A stretch of DNA of 63,552 nucleotides, the filler included, from Octopus bimaculoides (taxonomy: Eukaryota): assembly GCF_001194135.2 (NCBI RefSeq). It is 5 parts of 5 records of this genome, joined end to end, with 100 filler letters (N's around TTAATTAATTAA, not from the genome) between each part and the next. Parts side by side here need not be neighbours in the genome. Positions count along the whole stretch, not along the records: positions 1 to 30,321 come from NC_069000.1; 4 more parts are not named here. The stretch is one strand, 5' to 3'. Positions 13,708-26,684 of the stretch are shown here, in pieces. The position numbers and the translations under genes are program-made. The notes beneath the pieces were generated by a model, which had not been told where the DNA came from, ran no database searches, and worked only from the letters and a program-made list of their open reading frames with translations. Each line of letters opens with the position of its first letter. Position 1 is the stretch's first letter.

Positions 13708-13922
13708 GGCGGCGAGCTGGCAGAATGGTTAGCACGCCGCGCGAAATGCTTTTCGGTATTTCGTCTGTCTTTACGTATCGAGTTCAAATTCCGCCGACGT
13801 CGACTTTGCCTTTCATCCTTTTGGTTGATAAGTTAAGTACCAGTTGCGCACTGGGGCGATCTAATCGACTGCATTCCTCCCCAAAAATTTCGGGCCTTGT
13901 GCCTAGATTAGAAAAGAATATT
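13708..13922 (+). mobile_element. SINE family B, full-length (about 215 bp)
   Basis: GGCGGCGAGCTGGCAGAATGGTTAGC (A box-like)...GAGTTCAAATTCC (B box)...GTCGACTTTGCCTTTCATCC...GGCCTTGTGCCTAG. It is multi-copy in the window. Confidence 0.9.
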
Positions 13923-14891
13923 GTGGTTATTGTCAACTATTTGTATTGCTTTCGATAATAATAACAATATTAATATCTATATAAATATTCGCTTCTGAAT
14001 ATTTTTACTGCTGTATTTATAAAATATATATTTATATGTATATGCGAGGGCGTGTACGTGTGTGTATATGTGTGTGAGTGCGTGCGTGCGTGCGTGTGTG
14101 TGTTTGTATTTATATGTTCGTCTATATGTACAAAGGGAATTAGAAAACAGTAAGTTATATTCAGTTTTAAGGACACAGACAAACGCATGCAGACATACAC
14201 ACACGCCTGTACACACATCTTTGTGTGCATAAAATAGCCATTGGGTTCAATGTGATCGAATAAACTCTTAAAGGCGATGCTCCAGCATGGCCGTTGTCTA
14301 ATGACTAAAACGTAGGGAAAAAATTAGTAACAGTGTATCACGTGGTCACACCCATAAGAAATCCGAGAGAGAGTTGCGTTACTGGAGCAGAAACGTCGGC
14401 CGTTGACTGTTTTTTTAACCTTTCAAAGAGTATAACATAGCGATATATTTTTGTTTTAAATTTTGATCACGTTTGCTTCGTTGAAGACAGATTGGTAACA
14501 GTTCCATAAAGACAATCTTTGTGGAAGAATTGCATTCTTGAAAATCTTTTATACAACTCCCAACTCTTCAAAATCATAAACCCTTAGGTTTCTGTGTCAC
14601 CTAATTTCCTCGTTTATTGTAGACTAAACAAGGAGCATTTTTCGGATCAGATCAGAAGACTGAAGTAGCCACCTGGAGGTCTGTCCCACAGTTTATCTTA
14701 TCTGAGCTGCGGTGCCTTGTTAGAAAATCCCGGAGCTATAAAGATCAATCGATATCATTGATCATATAGTGATAGATTGCTATCTCCAAATATCAGGCCA
14801 AATTATTTGCGCCGCATTTTAGCGCTTTATTAATTCTCGATTAATTTTCTTATTAATTAGCTTTTAGTCAATCTGTGGTGAGGACCCTTGT

Positions 14892-14927
<36 letters not shown>

Positions 14928-15424
14928 GCATACGCACAGTTACATCCCTTCTCTCTCACTATTTTAATTTTTACTTTCATTTTCTCCCTCTCCCTCCCTC
15001 TCTATCATTCTCTCTTTATCCCCCTTTCCCTTTCTCTCTCTTATGCGTACGCACACATATACACAAAAATTCATACATATATGTTTCAATTTTACAAACG
15101 AAATACACATACGTATATATGAACATTGTTGTATCTCGGGACGGTTATTATGCCAGTAATAAACACACACTGGTTCTATTTTACTTCCTTTTTTTAAATT
15201 TGTCAATTGGTTAACTATTTAACCAATTAACTAATCGAGTGTTTGATTAACTCGTCGGCTAGATTTGTTCAAGCCCTTTCGTCGCCATTCGCAACCTCAT
15301 GAATGACATGGCCCCTTCTTTTCTCCAGCTCTTCTTCAGGTCTCTGAAGCCAGCTTGGAGCAACAAGAGTATATATACATACCACACATAAATTAGAAAA
15401 TTACTATTTGTAAACCTCTCGTTC

Positions 15425-15578
15425 TATATATTTCGAACAGGAATTTAGCAGCGCCACCTCGAGCCGAACAATTATTCTGTGCCGATGAAGAAATAACCCG
15501 GAAATCGCGATACACAGACATTGTTTTGAGCTGAGTGGGGCTGCTAGATTCCCTTGTTCGAAAATATAAGGACACAGA
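15425..15578 (+). mobile_element. Hammerhead-containing long-hairpin element, copy 2
   Basis: Arms at 15427-15452 and 15540-15568. The interior is homologous to the reverse complement of 2990-3069, and the 3' tail is AAGGACACAG. Confidence 0.75.
15476..15518 (+). ncRNA. Degenerate minimal type I hammerhead motif
   Basis: TCTGTG CCGATGA AGAAATAACCCG GAAA TCGCGA T A CACAGA. Stem I is 6 bp, stem III is the palindrome ATCGCGAT, and the triplet is AUA. Core U4 is changed to C and stem II is lost. Confidence 0.6.
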
Positions 15579-16960
15579 TATTTTCGAACGATGTCTCCTG
15601 GGGCTAAATTACAGCAACATTCGTCCTAAACCAGGACTGTCATATTATGTTGGCAAACAATCTTTACTCCATACCACACATACATCCGAATTTTTCAAAT
15701 GAAATATAATTACGGAACCCGACCAGTTAAACCATCGGCGGATTGCCGACATTAACTTAGCTGGCTGAAACTTCGAAGTCACTGTCAATAATATTCTAGT
15801 TTAAGAATATTAAATTTGTACTCTACAAAAGTACAGAGTCACCCATCAGATTAATGCAAAATTGTTTTCATTATAACTGAACATAAAAACCAACATCAAC
15901 ACACTCAGAGTTTGTATGTACGTAAGTATGTAATTGGAATACAAATTTTAGTGTTACAAGTGAGAGGAGACCGGAAGAAGAGACCTTTCAAGTGTTTTAT
16001 AAAGGCATTTCCAAATTATTAAGTAAAGACACCAACTCCCAGATGGTTAACCTTGGTTCGCTGAGAAGAAGTCAGCTGAAGGAAAAGGGCGACCCGCCTA
16101 CGGATGAGTTTATTGTTAAGGAGGGTTAAACCTTGTTTAACATTGCGGAAATAGACGAAGCTGCAAAAAAAACAAAACAAAAAAAAAACGTATGTATATA
16201 TACATATAAAAAATGCTAAAAATAATGAAAAGGTCACAATTTAATTAATAGGTAGCCTGTATGTAATTAGCAGCGTGAATGGGACATCAATGAATCGTTA
16301 AGATGTCTTACAGGCCCAGCTATTATATCAACCTTTTTTTTGTTATTGAGTCGTTGGCTCACGCCTGATTTCACACACAACGCGCAGTCAGACGCGTTTA
16401 TTTGACTGACACTGTCCTTTCTCCTCGTATTATTAAGGTCGTGAAAAGTGTACAAAAGCATGATTCTGTTTATAATTAGACAAACTTGGTGAAGCGTACA
16501 CATAATTATATATATTATTCAGGTATATAGTAAGGTCGTGCAAATACCAAACCAAACAGTAGCGAACCGAGATGTGTTGCTGTTTTCTCTGTTTTCTCAC
16601 TCGTTCTGTTTCTTATCCCATAAACAACATTAGATTTCACAAAGTATGTGCGGACACTTCTTACTCAGCTTTCGGTATGCTAGAAATAGAAGCTAAATTC
16701 TAAAAATAAATATCGATACTATTTTAAAATATGAAGGACCCAAGGGAGAATGCAATGGTAGATATATGTAATTTAAAAAAATTATTTTACTTGTTTCAGT
16801 CATTTGACTGCGGCCAAGCTGGAGCACCATCTATTTTTAAAAAAAAATAATATTTCTACGCAAATGTAATTTTTTATGCTAGTTACAAAAATCATAAACA
16901 TTTTTTTTGCAGAAATTGAAAGTAGTTACAAACCTTTAACAATACAGACTCTTTGAAGGA

Positions 16961-17177
16961 ATATTCTTTTCTACTCTAGGAACAGGGTCCGAAATTTTGG
17001 GGGAAGGGGCCAGTCGATTAGATCGTCCCCAGTACGCAACTGGTACTTAATTTATCGACTCCGAAAGGATGAAAGGCAAAGTCAACCTCGGCGGAATTTG
17101 AACTCAGAACGTAAAGATAGACGAAATACCGCTAAGCATTTCGCCCAGCGTGCTAACGTTTCTGCCAGCTCGGTGCC
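16961..17177 (-). mobile_element. SINE family B, full-length
   Basis: Reverse complement of 13708-13922 over its whole length. Confidence 0.9.
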
Positions 17178-18154
17178 TTTTTTTATGTGTGTGTGTGTGT
17201 TGGGNNNNNNNNNNNNNNNNNNNNNNNNNNNNNNNNNNNNNNNNNNNNNNNNNNNNNNNNNNNNNNNNNNNNNNNNNNNNNNNNNNNNNNNNNNNNNNNN
17301 NNNNNNNNNNNNNNNNNNNNNNNNNNNNNNNNNNNNNNNNNNNNNNNNNNNNNNNNNNNNNNNNNNNNNNNNNNNNNNNNNNNNNNNNNNNNNNNNNNNN
17401 NNNNNNNNNNNNNNNNNNNNNNNNNNNNNNNNNNNNNNNNNNNNNNNNNNNNNNNNNNNNNNNNNNNNNNNNNNNNNNNNNNNNNNNNNNNNNNNNNNNN
17501 NNNNNNNNNNNNNNNNNNNNNNNNNNNNNNNNNNNNNNNNNNNNNNNNNNNNNNNNNNNNNNNNNNNNNNNNNNNNNNNNNNNNNNNNNNNNNNNNNNNN
17601 NNNNNNNNNNNNNNNNNNNNNNNNNNNNNNNNNNNNNNNNNNNNNNNNNNNNNNNNNNNNNNNNNNNNNNNNNNNNNNNNNNNNNNNNNNNNNNNNNNNN
17701 NNNNNNNNNNNNNNNNNNNNNNNNNNNNNNNNNNNNNNNNNNNNNNNNNNNNNNNNNNNNNNNNNNNNNNNNNNNNNNNNNNNNNNNNNNNNNNNNNNNN
17801 NNNNNNNNNNNNNNNNNNNNNNNNNNNNNNNNNNNNNNNNNNNNNNNNNNNNNNNNNNNNNNNNNNNNNNNNNNNNNNNNNNNNNNNNNNNNNNNNNNNN
17901 NNNNNNNNNNNNNNNNNNNNNNNNNNNNNNNNNNNNNNNNNNNNNNNNNNNNNNNNNNNNNNNNNNNNNNNNNNNNNNNNNNNNNNNNNNNNNNNNNNNN
18001 NNNNNNNNNNNNNNNNNNNNNNNNNNNNNNNNNNNNNNNNNNNNNNNNNNNNNNNNNNNNNNNNNNNNNNNNNNNNNNNNNNNNNNNNNNNNNNNNNNNN
18101 NNNNNNNNNNNNNNNNNNNNNNNNNNNNNNNNNNNNNNNNNNNNNNNNNNNNNN

Positions 18155-18212
<58 letters not shown>

Positions 18213-18361
18213 GCTTTTATGGTAATAATACCGTCGGTATTATTACCATTTCAATAGCCATTCTTTTGTGTTTGGCTCATTGGCTTTTGGTGAAGGAGCG
18301 AATATGACATTGCTGCCCTCTTTCGAGTCACCCGCCGTGACGTAGGTTCATCTCATATATA

Positions 18362-18490
18362 CGCAGGCTTCCTTCAGTTTCCGCCAACCAAATTCACTAA
18401 CGAGGCTTTAGACTGTCCAGGGTGCCACGCAGGGGAACTGAAACCGGAACCGTGTCGTTGGGAAGCAAACGTCTAACCACGCAGTCAGCC
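18362..18490 (-). mobile_element. SINE family A head (internally deleted)
   Basis: CTTCAGTTTCCG...GAAACCGGAACC...GTTGGGAAGCAAAC...AACCACGCAGTCAGCC. Confidence 0.75.
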
Positions 18491-20296
18491 ATGAACTGAT
18501 TGACAGGACGTTGTTGTTGTTATTGTTATTATTGTTGATGCCATTGGTGTAACTGTGACTTATATTTAAAACTCCCATACAAAGAGGAAAATAAAATAAA
18601 ATAAAATGAATACACAAAATAATATAAAATAAAAATAAAGTTTCATTTGAAATGGGAAAGCAATTTCCTCCCCAGTGGAATAGTTTGTGCTGTCGCATTC
18701 TTAATGAAGCGCGCCAGAGAGATCTGGTTTCGATTCCCAGCTGGTATGCTTTCATTGTATTCCAATACCCTTAGTGTGAATTTGAGTGTAGGAGGATGGG
18801 TATATGATTTACATCTGTCTGAGAAAGGCACGATTCTTACGCGGCAGTTCCTCCCAAAAGTCTGTCGATTGCTGTGATATAGGTTAGTGGAGCTCAAACT
18901 GACAAATGCCAGGCCTCACAAAACACACACACACACGAACGCTATACATTTATACTATATATGTACATACGTCTATATAAATATATATATGTATGTATAA
19001 TATGTATATACATATAAATTTAAAGAAAAAAATTCTTAAAAGTTAACTATTTAAAGGCGGTGCTCCAGCATGGCTGCTGTCAAATGACTGAAACAAGTAA
19101 AAGAATTTAAAAAGGATTCCTTTTTTCTGTTTCTTTTTCTTTTTTGTTTTCTTAAAGAATGCCATGAACCCTTTGGAAAGAAGTTTTTGTATTGTGTCTT
19201 TTAAGAGTAAGCGCTTTCGTTGTTCAACTTTTCAAGAAAATCTTTTTTTAATTATCGTGACGGTATCAAGTATTTATTTGCAGAAATTTTAGCATATTTA
19301 CGCGTATAATCCACACACACACACACACGTCTCTCAGTCTCTCTCTATGTGTGTGTGTATGTATGTGTGTATGTGTGTATATATGTATAAGCTGGGTTTT
19401 TGTAGTGTCCGGTCTTTATGAATGAGAAGACAAAATGCAGTGAATCTCGATAAAATCCTTCATGCTTTATCATGGCGTTGGTCAAATTTTAAGGGGATTA
19501 AACCACTCAAACGATTTGTTCGGGCCCAATCCCTTTTTAAATCTTCAACTGGTTCTCAGTAAAGCGGAGAGCAGTTAATGTAGTGACATAAACACATGTT
19601 AGCTGCACCAGTAATCATGTAGAAACACTCCTACAAACAGACATACACGGACACTTAAAGCATGCACCGTGCCATACACATACACACACATTTGTACCCA
19701 CGCGCAAACACAGACACAGTGATACACATACACACGCGCGCGCGCGTCTAACATTACTTCACCCTCCTATGCGCCTCCCCCCAACTCGTTCTGTGCTTGC
19801 GTTGTGGCTCTGTGATTTCCATCAAATATTGCTGAACATCATATCGTCTTTAAGAAACCCAGAACAAACAAAGTCGAAGTAAAAGAAGAGGTACAATAGC
19901 CACAACAATGCAGTTAAGATCTGTGAGTAAATATATCGCAGTCTGGAGACGATTAAACAGTTGTAAAGAAGAAGTTTGAAAATGCAGGAGAGAAAAAGAA
20001 CAAAAAATAATACAAACGTAATGTTGAGAAAAATCAACAAACATTGTAGCGCCATGATTGTTATTCTTGCTTGTTACAGTATATCAAGTATATTTCTTAG
20101 TCCTTAATGCTGGGTGGCAAACGGGTGGCGGGGGCCAAATGTGAACTGGGTATTAACTTCTATACGACGGCACTCACAAACTGTTCTTTAGATATTGTTA
20201 GCATGTTCGTGACACTTTTATGATCAGATAAAATAGAAATTCTTGAAATATCATAAATTATTTAGTCTACACACACACACACACACACACACACGT

Positions 20297-20380
<84 letters not shown>

Positions 20381-20598
20381 TTCGAATCCTTCGTTATGAT
20401 CATCATTACAATTATATTAATTTTTAGCGACGGAGGCAGTATTAGTACGAAAAGGTAACCTTTATATCCAGCTTAACGTGGATGTCTTGTTAAAAGCACC
20501 GATTCATAGTCTTGAGAGATAACTTTTTAGGTGCTTGGTGCATAAAAGTTCACACATAGATCATACAAGACGAGAATCGTCCGTCAATGGAAACAAAA

Positions 20599-20644
20599 TT
20601 CCCACATCGCGTGATTTCAGTCTCCTGGACTTCATCAGTGAGAA
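20599..20644 (-). ncRNA. Type I hammerhead-like motif, probably inactivated
   Basis: Minus strand reads TTCTCA CTGATGA AGTC CAGGA GACT GAAA TC ACGC GA T G TGGGAA. All three stems form, but position 17 is G. Confidence 0.6.
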
Positions 20645-21221
20645 GCACCGGTCATTGCATACCAGTCAAATCTCGAGCCAGGATATATGGAATATAAAAC
20701 GCAGGAGTACATAGCTGTCTATGATTAATTCCATAGCAAGACTACGTTTGTGTGTAAATATATGAATATATATACAAAGATGAATTGGTGTATAGAAAAC
20801 TCTACAGAACGTCTACCAGCAGATCTTTAATAAATCATTGCCACACTAACATTCGTCTCTTATTCCATACAAGCACCATTAATTGGTAAATCATTCCTTC
20901 TCGCTGATTCTACATTTTTCCAAAATAGATTAAGAACGTATTTTTTAAATGATTATTTCTTTCTTTTTAAGATTTAAAAAAAAAATGTTTTCCTTTTCTT
21001 TTTCGGTTTTGTTGTTTGTTGGTCGTTACGAGTGCATAGCAGAACATCTGTGAATGTATTCTGTGTGCATGTATGTATGTATGCATGTATGTTCGTATGT
21101 ATGTATGTATGTATGTATGTATGTATGTATGTATGTATGCATGCGTGCATGTATGTATTTATGTATGTATGTATGAGTGTGTGTAGGTATGTATGTATAT
21201 ATATATGTCTATATATACATA

Positions 21222-21260
<39 letters not shown>

Positions 21261-21352
21261 NNNNNNNNNNNNNNNNNNNNNNNNNNNNNNNNNNNNNNNN
21301 NNNNNNNNNNNNNNNNNNNNNNNNNNNNNNNNNNNNNNNNNNNNNNNNNNNN

Positions 21353-21427
<75 letters not shown>

Positions 21428-22083
21428 CACATCACTATATACCACTCTCTGTTTACAGATTTATCATCTGAGAGAGACAGAAATGTCATTTACACTAAAA
21501 TAGTTTTATCTCATCAGCCAAGTCTTTGTTGATGTTGGTGTTGTTGTTGTTATCCACTCAAATTTCTTGCTCCACGGTAAATGCGGGTTTGTGGGTTGGG
21601 TGGCGATGCGTTTAACCGATAAAGAAATGCTATCCAGTGTTCAAATCTCGACAAATTCTACCATTCTATCCGTTTTCCTTTCCTGTTATTGGTAGCAACA
21701 AACCAACACAATACCTTAGCATTGCCAGAGCAGGAGCCTATCTCCGGGTTGTTATTTATTATATCACCTGGTCTTACACGGAGATATATTAAGGTCTAGG
21801 GCTGCTTGATTAAAGGTAAATTGAGTGTGTGTGTGTGTGTGTTCACCTTGGCCAAATGGTTAAGAAGTTCACATTACAATAACCACTGCGTGGAGTCTTG
21901 GGTTGGCGTTTTTTTTTACTATAACCACCACATCGTCGTCACCGTTACCAATGCCGGGGTATTCATCATCATCATCGTCATCATCGTTACACATCATATC
22001 GTCGATGTTATGGCCATCAGCATCGTCATCATCGTCGTAGTTGTCGTCGTCATCCTCCTCCTCCTCCTCCTCCTCCTCCTCCT

Positions 22084-22200
22084 CATCATCATCATCATCA
22101 TCTAACGTCCGTTGTCCATTCTGGCGCGGTTTGACCAGAGCAGGCTCTCGTCTGATTTGGCATGGTTTCTACGGTCCCTTCTAACGCCAACCACTTTACA
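22084..22200. mobile_element. RTE-associated short repeat fragment (also at 27270-27345 in the opposite orientation)
   Basis: (CAT)n followed by TAACGTCCGTTGTCCAT...GGCATGGTTTCTACGG...CTAACGCCAACCAC. A homologous block lies at about 27.2-27.3 kb. Confidence 0.55.
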
Positions 22201-23137
22201 CTGCACGAGCGGTTTTGTGTGACACCGGCATAGACATCTTTACAGGCCCATCCACTTTACCTGCGGGAGCGGCCTTAACACTTCTGCTGCGGTTTTACGG
22301 GTCTTCTGAGTTGTAGCCTGATTCTTGGTGCGTCCAGGTTTCTACTCTAGTCAAAAGGACCTGAGCATTACACCCGTGCCATTTCGAAGCAAAGACACAC
22401 CGGCCTGTTGCTCATTCTACCTACGAGTATCGATCGTAATTCATAGAAGTTGTGGATGTATTTGCAAGGCTCTCAGGGCATTATTTTGACCCAGAGCCAA
22501 TATCACTGCCAGAACGGGTCTGCAGTACACCATTCGAACTCTCTCTTGAGCTTTTGTAAAGGACTTGTAAGTGATCAGGTTTTAAGTATTTAATAACTTC
22601 TGCCTAAAAGCAATGAGTGTCAGTTTCTGTTATGTAACAGAGTTGGATTCAATTCCTTAAGGATTGGTCTTTCACATTCATGGGGTTGTTTAGGAGTAAA
22701 GGGAGAATTAGCTTAGGATATTTGCTTGTATGGGATGTGATTATAACTAGGCGATGTGATGAGAATGTGAATGAGAGATGTGACTATAACGCTAGCGTAC
22801 CCTAATTTTCTTGTATTTCTTCTCCGAGTAGAAACGAAATCGTTCCATTTCACTTCGTCGTGTTTCCTATGCATTAATAATGCTTCAAGACGTCATTCAT
22901 TCTTCGTGTTAGGCAGGAAATGCGGAAATTAAATCATAATTACCAACTTAATTAGTACGTAATTAATTCCACACTATAAACAAAATGTTTCAAATACCTC
23001 CCAAGTTGGAGTTATGTTCATAAATTACGTCAAGTGTAAACAAAGTCTTTTTTTAAATGTAAGGCATTAACCCTAACGCATCATTTGGCCGGGGGCAATG
23101 TTCTTATATAATCCGCTTTATTATTATTATTATTATA

Positions 23138-23395
23138 AATGCGGCGAGCTGACAGAAATGTTAGCACACCGGGTGAAATGCTTGGCGGTATTTCGTCTGC
23201 CGTTACGTTCTAAGTTCAAATTCCACCGAGGTCGACTTTGCCTTTCATCCTTTCGGGGTCGATAAATTAAGTACCACGCTAGAGAAGATGCTTAGTAGCA
23301 TTTCTTCCGGTTCTTCACGTCCGATCCAAAATTCTGCCGAAGTCGACTTTGTCATTCATCCTCTCGGGTTCGTTAAAGTAAAGTACCCGTAATTC
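23138..23395 (+). mobile_element. Two tandem partial SINE family B copies
   Basis: GCGGCGAGCTGACAG...GTCGACTTTGCCTTTCATCC, followed by a second degenerate AAATTCTGCCGAAGTCGACTTTGTCATTCATCC. Confidence 0.75.
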
Positions 23396-23696
23396 GCTAG
23401 GGGTATTTGCATAGGAATACAGTTTTATCATCACTATACAACGGAACAGCAGGGAGCGCAAGGGGCAGCACGCGAAACATTGAATATCATTAACAAACAC
23501 ACCCCATTGCATATTGGATTCCCTTCTCTTATTCATCAATGCAAGGAAGCATGAACACCACAACTTCCAGTTATCAGCTGAATAATCTGAAACTAAAGCA
23601 AGAAACTATTTTGGTTACGCGTAACGGATGTTATCAGTGAACTCTGTCGGTGATAGCGTTTTGGTCCTATCTAAAATGTTTACTCTGACGTCAATA

Positions 23697-23740
<44 letters not shown>

Positions 23741-23755
23741 AATAATAATAATAAT

Positions 23756-24271
23756 ACAGGCACTGGCTCTCCTGGCTTTGGAAGTGTTATCATGTACATT
23801 GTTTTTCTTGGTATAAAAGATGGACTACAGTAAATATTCTGCTCAATACCACAGATTTGTTTGTTAGTTGCTTGACTTTAACCAGTTGAGCGTGTCCCTT
23901 AGAAGCTGACGATATGTGCATCTCTGATCAGGAGCAGAAGTAGTGGCGGAGCGTCATAGCCATGTGTTGAGAGGAATTCTTTGGGGTTTGGATAATTCAC
24001 CTCTGGAAACATGGGTGTTTCATCCTTAAAAACCTTTATTCAGAGACCTTTTGAGTGGGATGGGCTACTCGACCTAAATAAAATTCTAACCGGGCCCCAC
24101 CTGTAAGGTCATGCGTTGTTTATCTTGATATGAGATCACCATGTCGCGCACATATGATTGTGATGCATGTGCCTGGTGAACCCTTATCGGACGGCTAGTC
24201 ATGATGGGTATAATGGGCTTCGTGTATTTTACCCCAATGTCCCTTTGATGGCATGCACTGTCCTCTCACTC

Positions 24272-24319
<48 letters not shown>

Positions 24320-24320
24320 T
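23756..24320 (+). mobile_element. Interspersed repeat ending in an (AAT)n tail (SINE or LINE 3' UTR-like)
   Basis: A roughly 510 bp non-coding block between (GAT)n/(AAT)n and a long (AAT)n. It resembles an abundant octopus repeat I recall, and it is single copy in this window. Confidence 0.5.
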
Positions 24321-24989
24321 ATAATTCCAGTGGTATTTGGTGCACTTGGCATAACACCCAAACTGCTATCGAAGAGGCAAAAGGAGTTTGGAATTTAGAC
24401 GCGCATTGCTACCCTGAAGAAAAGTGCCGTCCCGTATTCTTCAAGAATCTTAAGAAAAATTCTTGAGATTTCAGAAGACTTGTCACCAAATTTCAGGAAA
24501 ACATAATAATTAAAGTAATATGTTTGGAGTANNNNNNNNNNNNNNNNNNNNNNNNNNNNNNNNNNNNNNNNNNNNNNNNNNNNNNNNNNNNNNNNNNNNN
24601 NNNNNNNNNNNNNNNNNNNNNNNNNNNNNNNNNNNNNNNNNNNNNNNNNNNNNNNNNNNNNNNNNNNNNNNNNNNNNNNNNNNNNNNNNNNNNNNNNNNN
24701 NNNNNNNNNNNNNNNNNNNNNNNNNNNNNNNNNNNNNNNNNNNNNNNNNNNNNNNNNNNNNNNNNNNNNNNNNNNNNNNNNNNNNNNNNNNNNNNNNNNN
24801 NNNNNNNNNNNNNNNNNNNNNNNNNNNNNNNNNNNNNNNNNNNNNNNNNNNNNNNNNNNNNNNNNNNNNNNNNNNNNNNNNNNNNNNNNNNNNNNNNNNN
24901 NNNNNNNNNNNNNNNNNNNNNNNNNNNNNNNNNNNNNNNNNNNNNNNNNNNNNNNNNNNNNNNNNNNNNNNNNNNNNNNNNNNNNNNNN

Positions 24990-25040
<51 letters not shown>

Positions 25041-25374
25041 ACACGCACTCGCACACACACCCACATGCACGTTATCAGTGTTAGTCCTATTAATGGAAAA
25101 GGTATGTGTGTGCATGAGCAGTGTGGCTCGTGTGTGTGTGTATGTGTGTGCGTGTGTGTGGATGCGGGTATGTGCGTGCGAGTGTGCATATGCTTGTATG
25201 CGTACAAGTGTATATGTAGATAAGACTGGTTGGTGAACCAGTAAAGGGTCAGTGAGTGTGGGTGGTAATGACCCCACCATCATTTCCTTCAGAGCAATGA
25301 ACTTGTCACTGACCAGATGGAGCCATCATTTAAGCACAAATATATATATCTGTGTGTGTGTGTGTGTGTTTTTG

Positions 25375-25590
25375 TGCTTGTGTGTGTGTGTTTGTCCCCC
25401 CCCCCACCATCGCTTGACAACCGATGCTGGTGTGTTTACGTCTCCGTAACTTAGCGGTTCAGCAAATGCGACCGATAGAATAAGTACGAAGCTTACAAAG
25501 AATAAGACCTGGGGTCGATTTGTTCGACTAAAGGCGGTGCTCCAGCATGGCCACAGTCAAATGACTGAAACAAGTAAAAGAGTAAAAGAA
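25375..25590 (+). mobile_element. SINE family A, 3' half
   Basis: CATCGCTTGACAACCGATGCTGGTGTGTTTACG...AAGGCGGTGCTCCAGCATGGCCACAGTCAAATGACTGAAACAAG. Confidence 0.9.
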
Positions 25591-25623
25591 TGTGTGTGTA
25601 TACATACATACATATATAAATAT

Positions 25624-25654
<31 letters not shown>

Positions 25655-25657
<3 letters not shown>

Positions 25658-25793
25658 GTTTCCGTCTACCAAATCCTCTCACTAGGCTTTGGTCGGCCCG
25701 AAGGTAGAGTAGAGTAGAAGTTGCCACGCAGTGGGACTGAACCCGGAACCATGTGGTTGGGAAGCAAGCTTCTTAACCACACAGCCACTCCTG
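25655..25793 (-). mobile_element. SINE family A head
   Basis: GCCACGCAGTGGGACTGAACCCGGAACCATGTGGTTGGGAAGCAAGCTTCTTAACCACACAGCCAC. Confidence 0.85.
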
Positions 25794-26625
25794 CGGCTAT
25801 ATAATATTTTTGTTGATTCGGGGCCCTAGCAGAAGACACTTAACTCAACTTACTGCGCAAAAAGGAGACTGAAGTGAAAATCACGTGTTTGCGAAGCTCC
25901 CATCTTAACCACACGGCCATGTGATGCTTATCAAAATACTTCAGGAAATCGTTATCGTTAAGTTTTACTCCTCTTCTACCTCACCACTTGTAGTCTGCAT
26001 CCATCTACATTCACACACGTGTACACACATGCGCCAGCATCACACACAGATACATACACACACACACACACACACACACTCGCTCGCTTGCGCGCAGGCC
26101 CATGCGCGTATGCACGCACTTATTGTAGAATAGCATCGGCCACCGATGCACTCATCAACGTTTCCATTAATAGGAACCACCAACAATTAATACAAGCAGC
26201 TCGCTTCACCGTAGTAGTAGTGGTGGTGGTGGTCGTAGTCGTCGTCGTCGTCATCACCACTACAGCCAACTCTGCCGCCGCCACTACCACCACCGCCCCC
26301 CACGCCCCCACGCCCCCCGTATTAACCATTCCTATCCCCTCTCTATGACGCCATTCGTTTACCTTGTTCCGCTATTGGGTAATTTAAGGTACACAAAACA
26401 CTTGACTAAGCACGCCACCTGTTTTATGTTTGGTGTATATAGATGCATGCATATGTACATATACATATTCTTACATACATACGCGCACACACACACACAC
26501 ACATAAAAACACCCACACATGTACAAGCACATGAGATTACACATTTACACACAAAATATATCTGCTTTACATAAAGTTGAACATGTGTGTATGTGTGTGT
26601 GAATGAATAAGCATATATATGACAG

Positions 26626-26684
<59 letters not shown>

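Noticed and set aside
14365-14405. GAAACGTCGGCC, a PLE-hammerhead-like 3' half
   Set aside because: There is no CUGANGA or stem II upstream.
18690-18750. tRNA-like B box GGTTTCGATTCCC
   Set aside because: No cloverleaf could be folded. It is most likely a decayed SINE head, so no tRNA gene is called.
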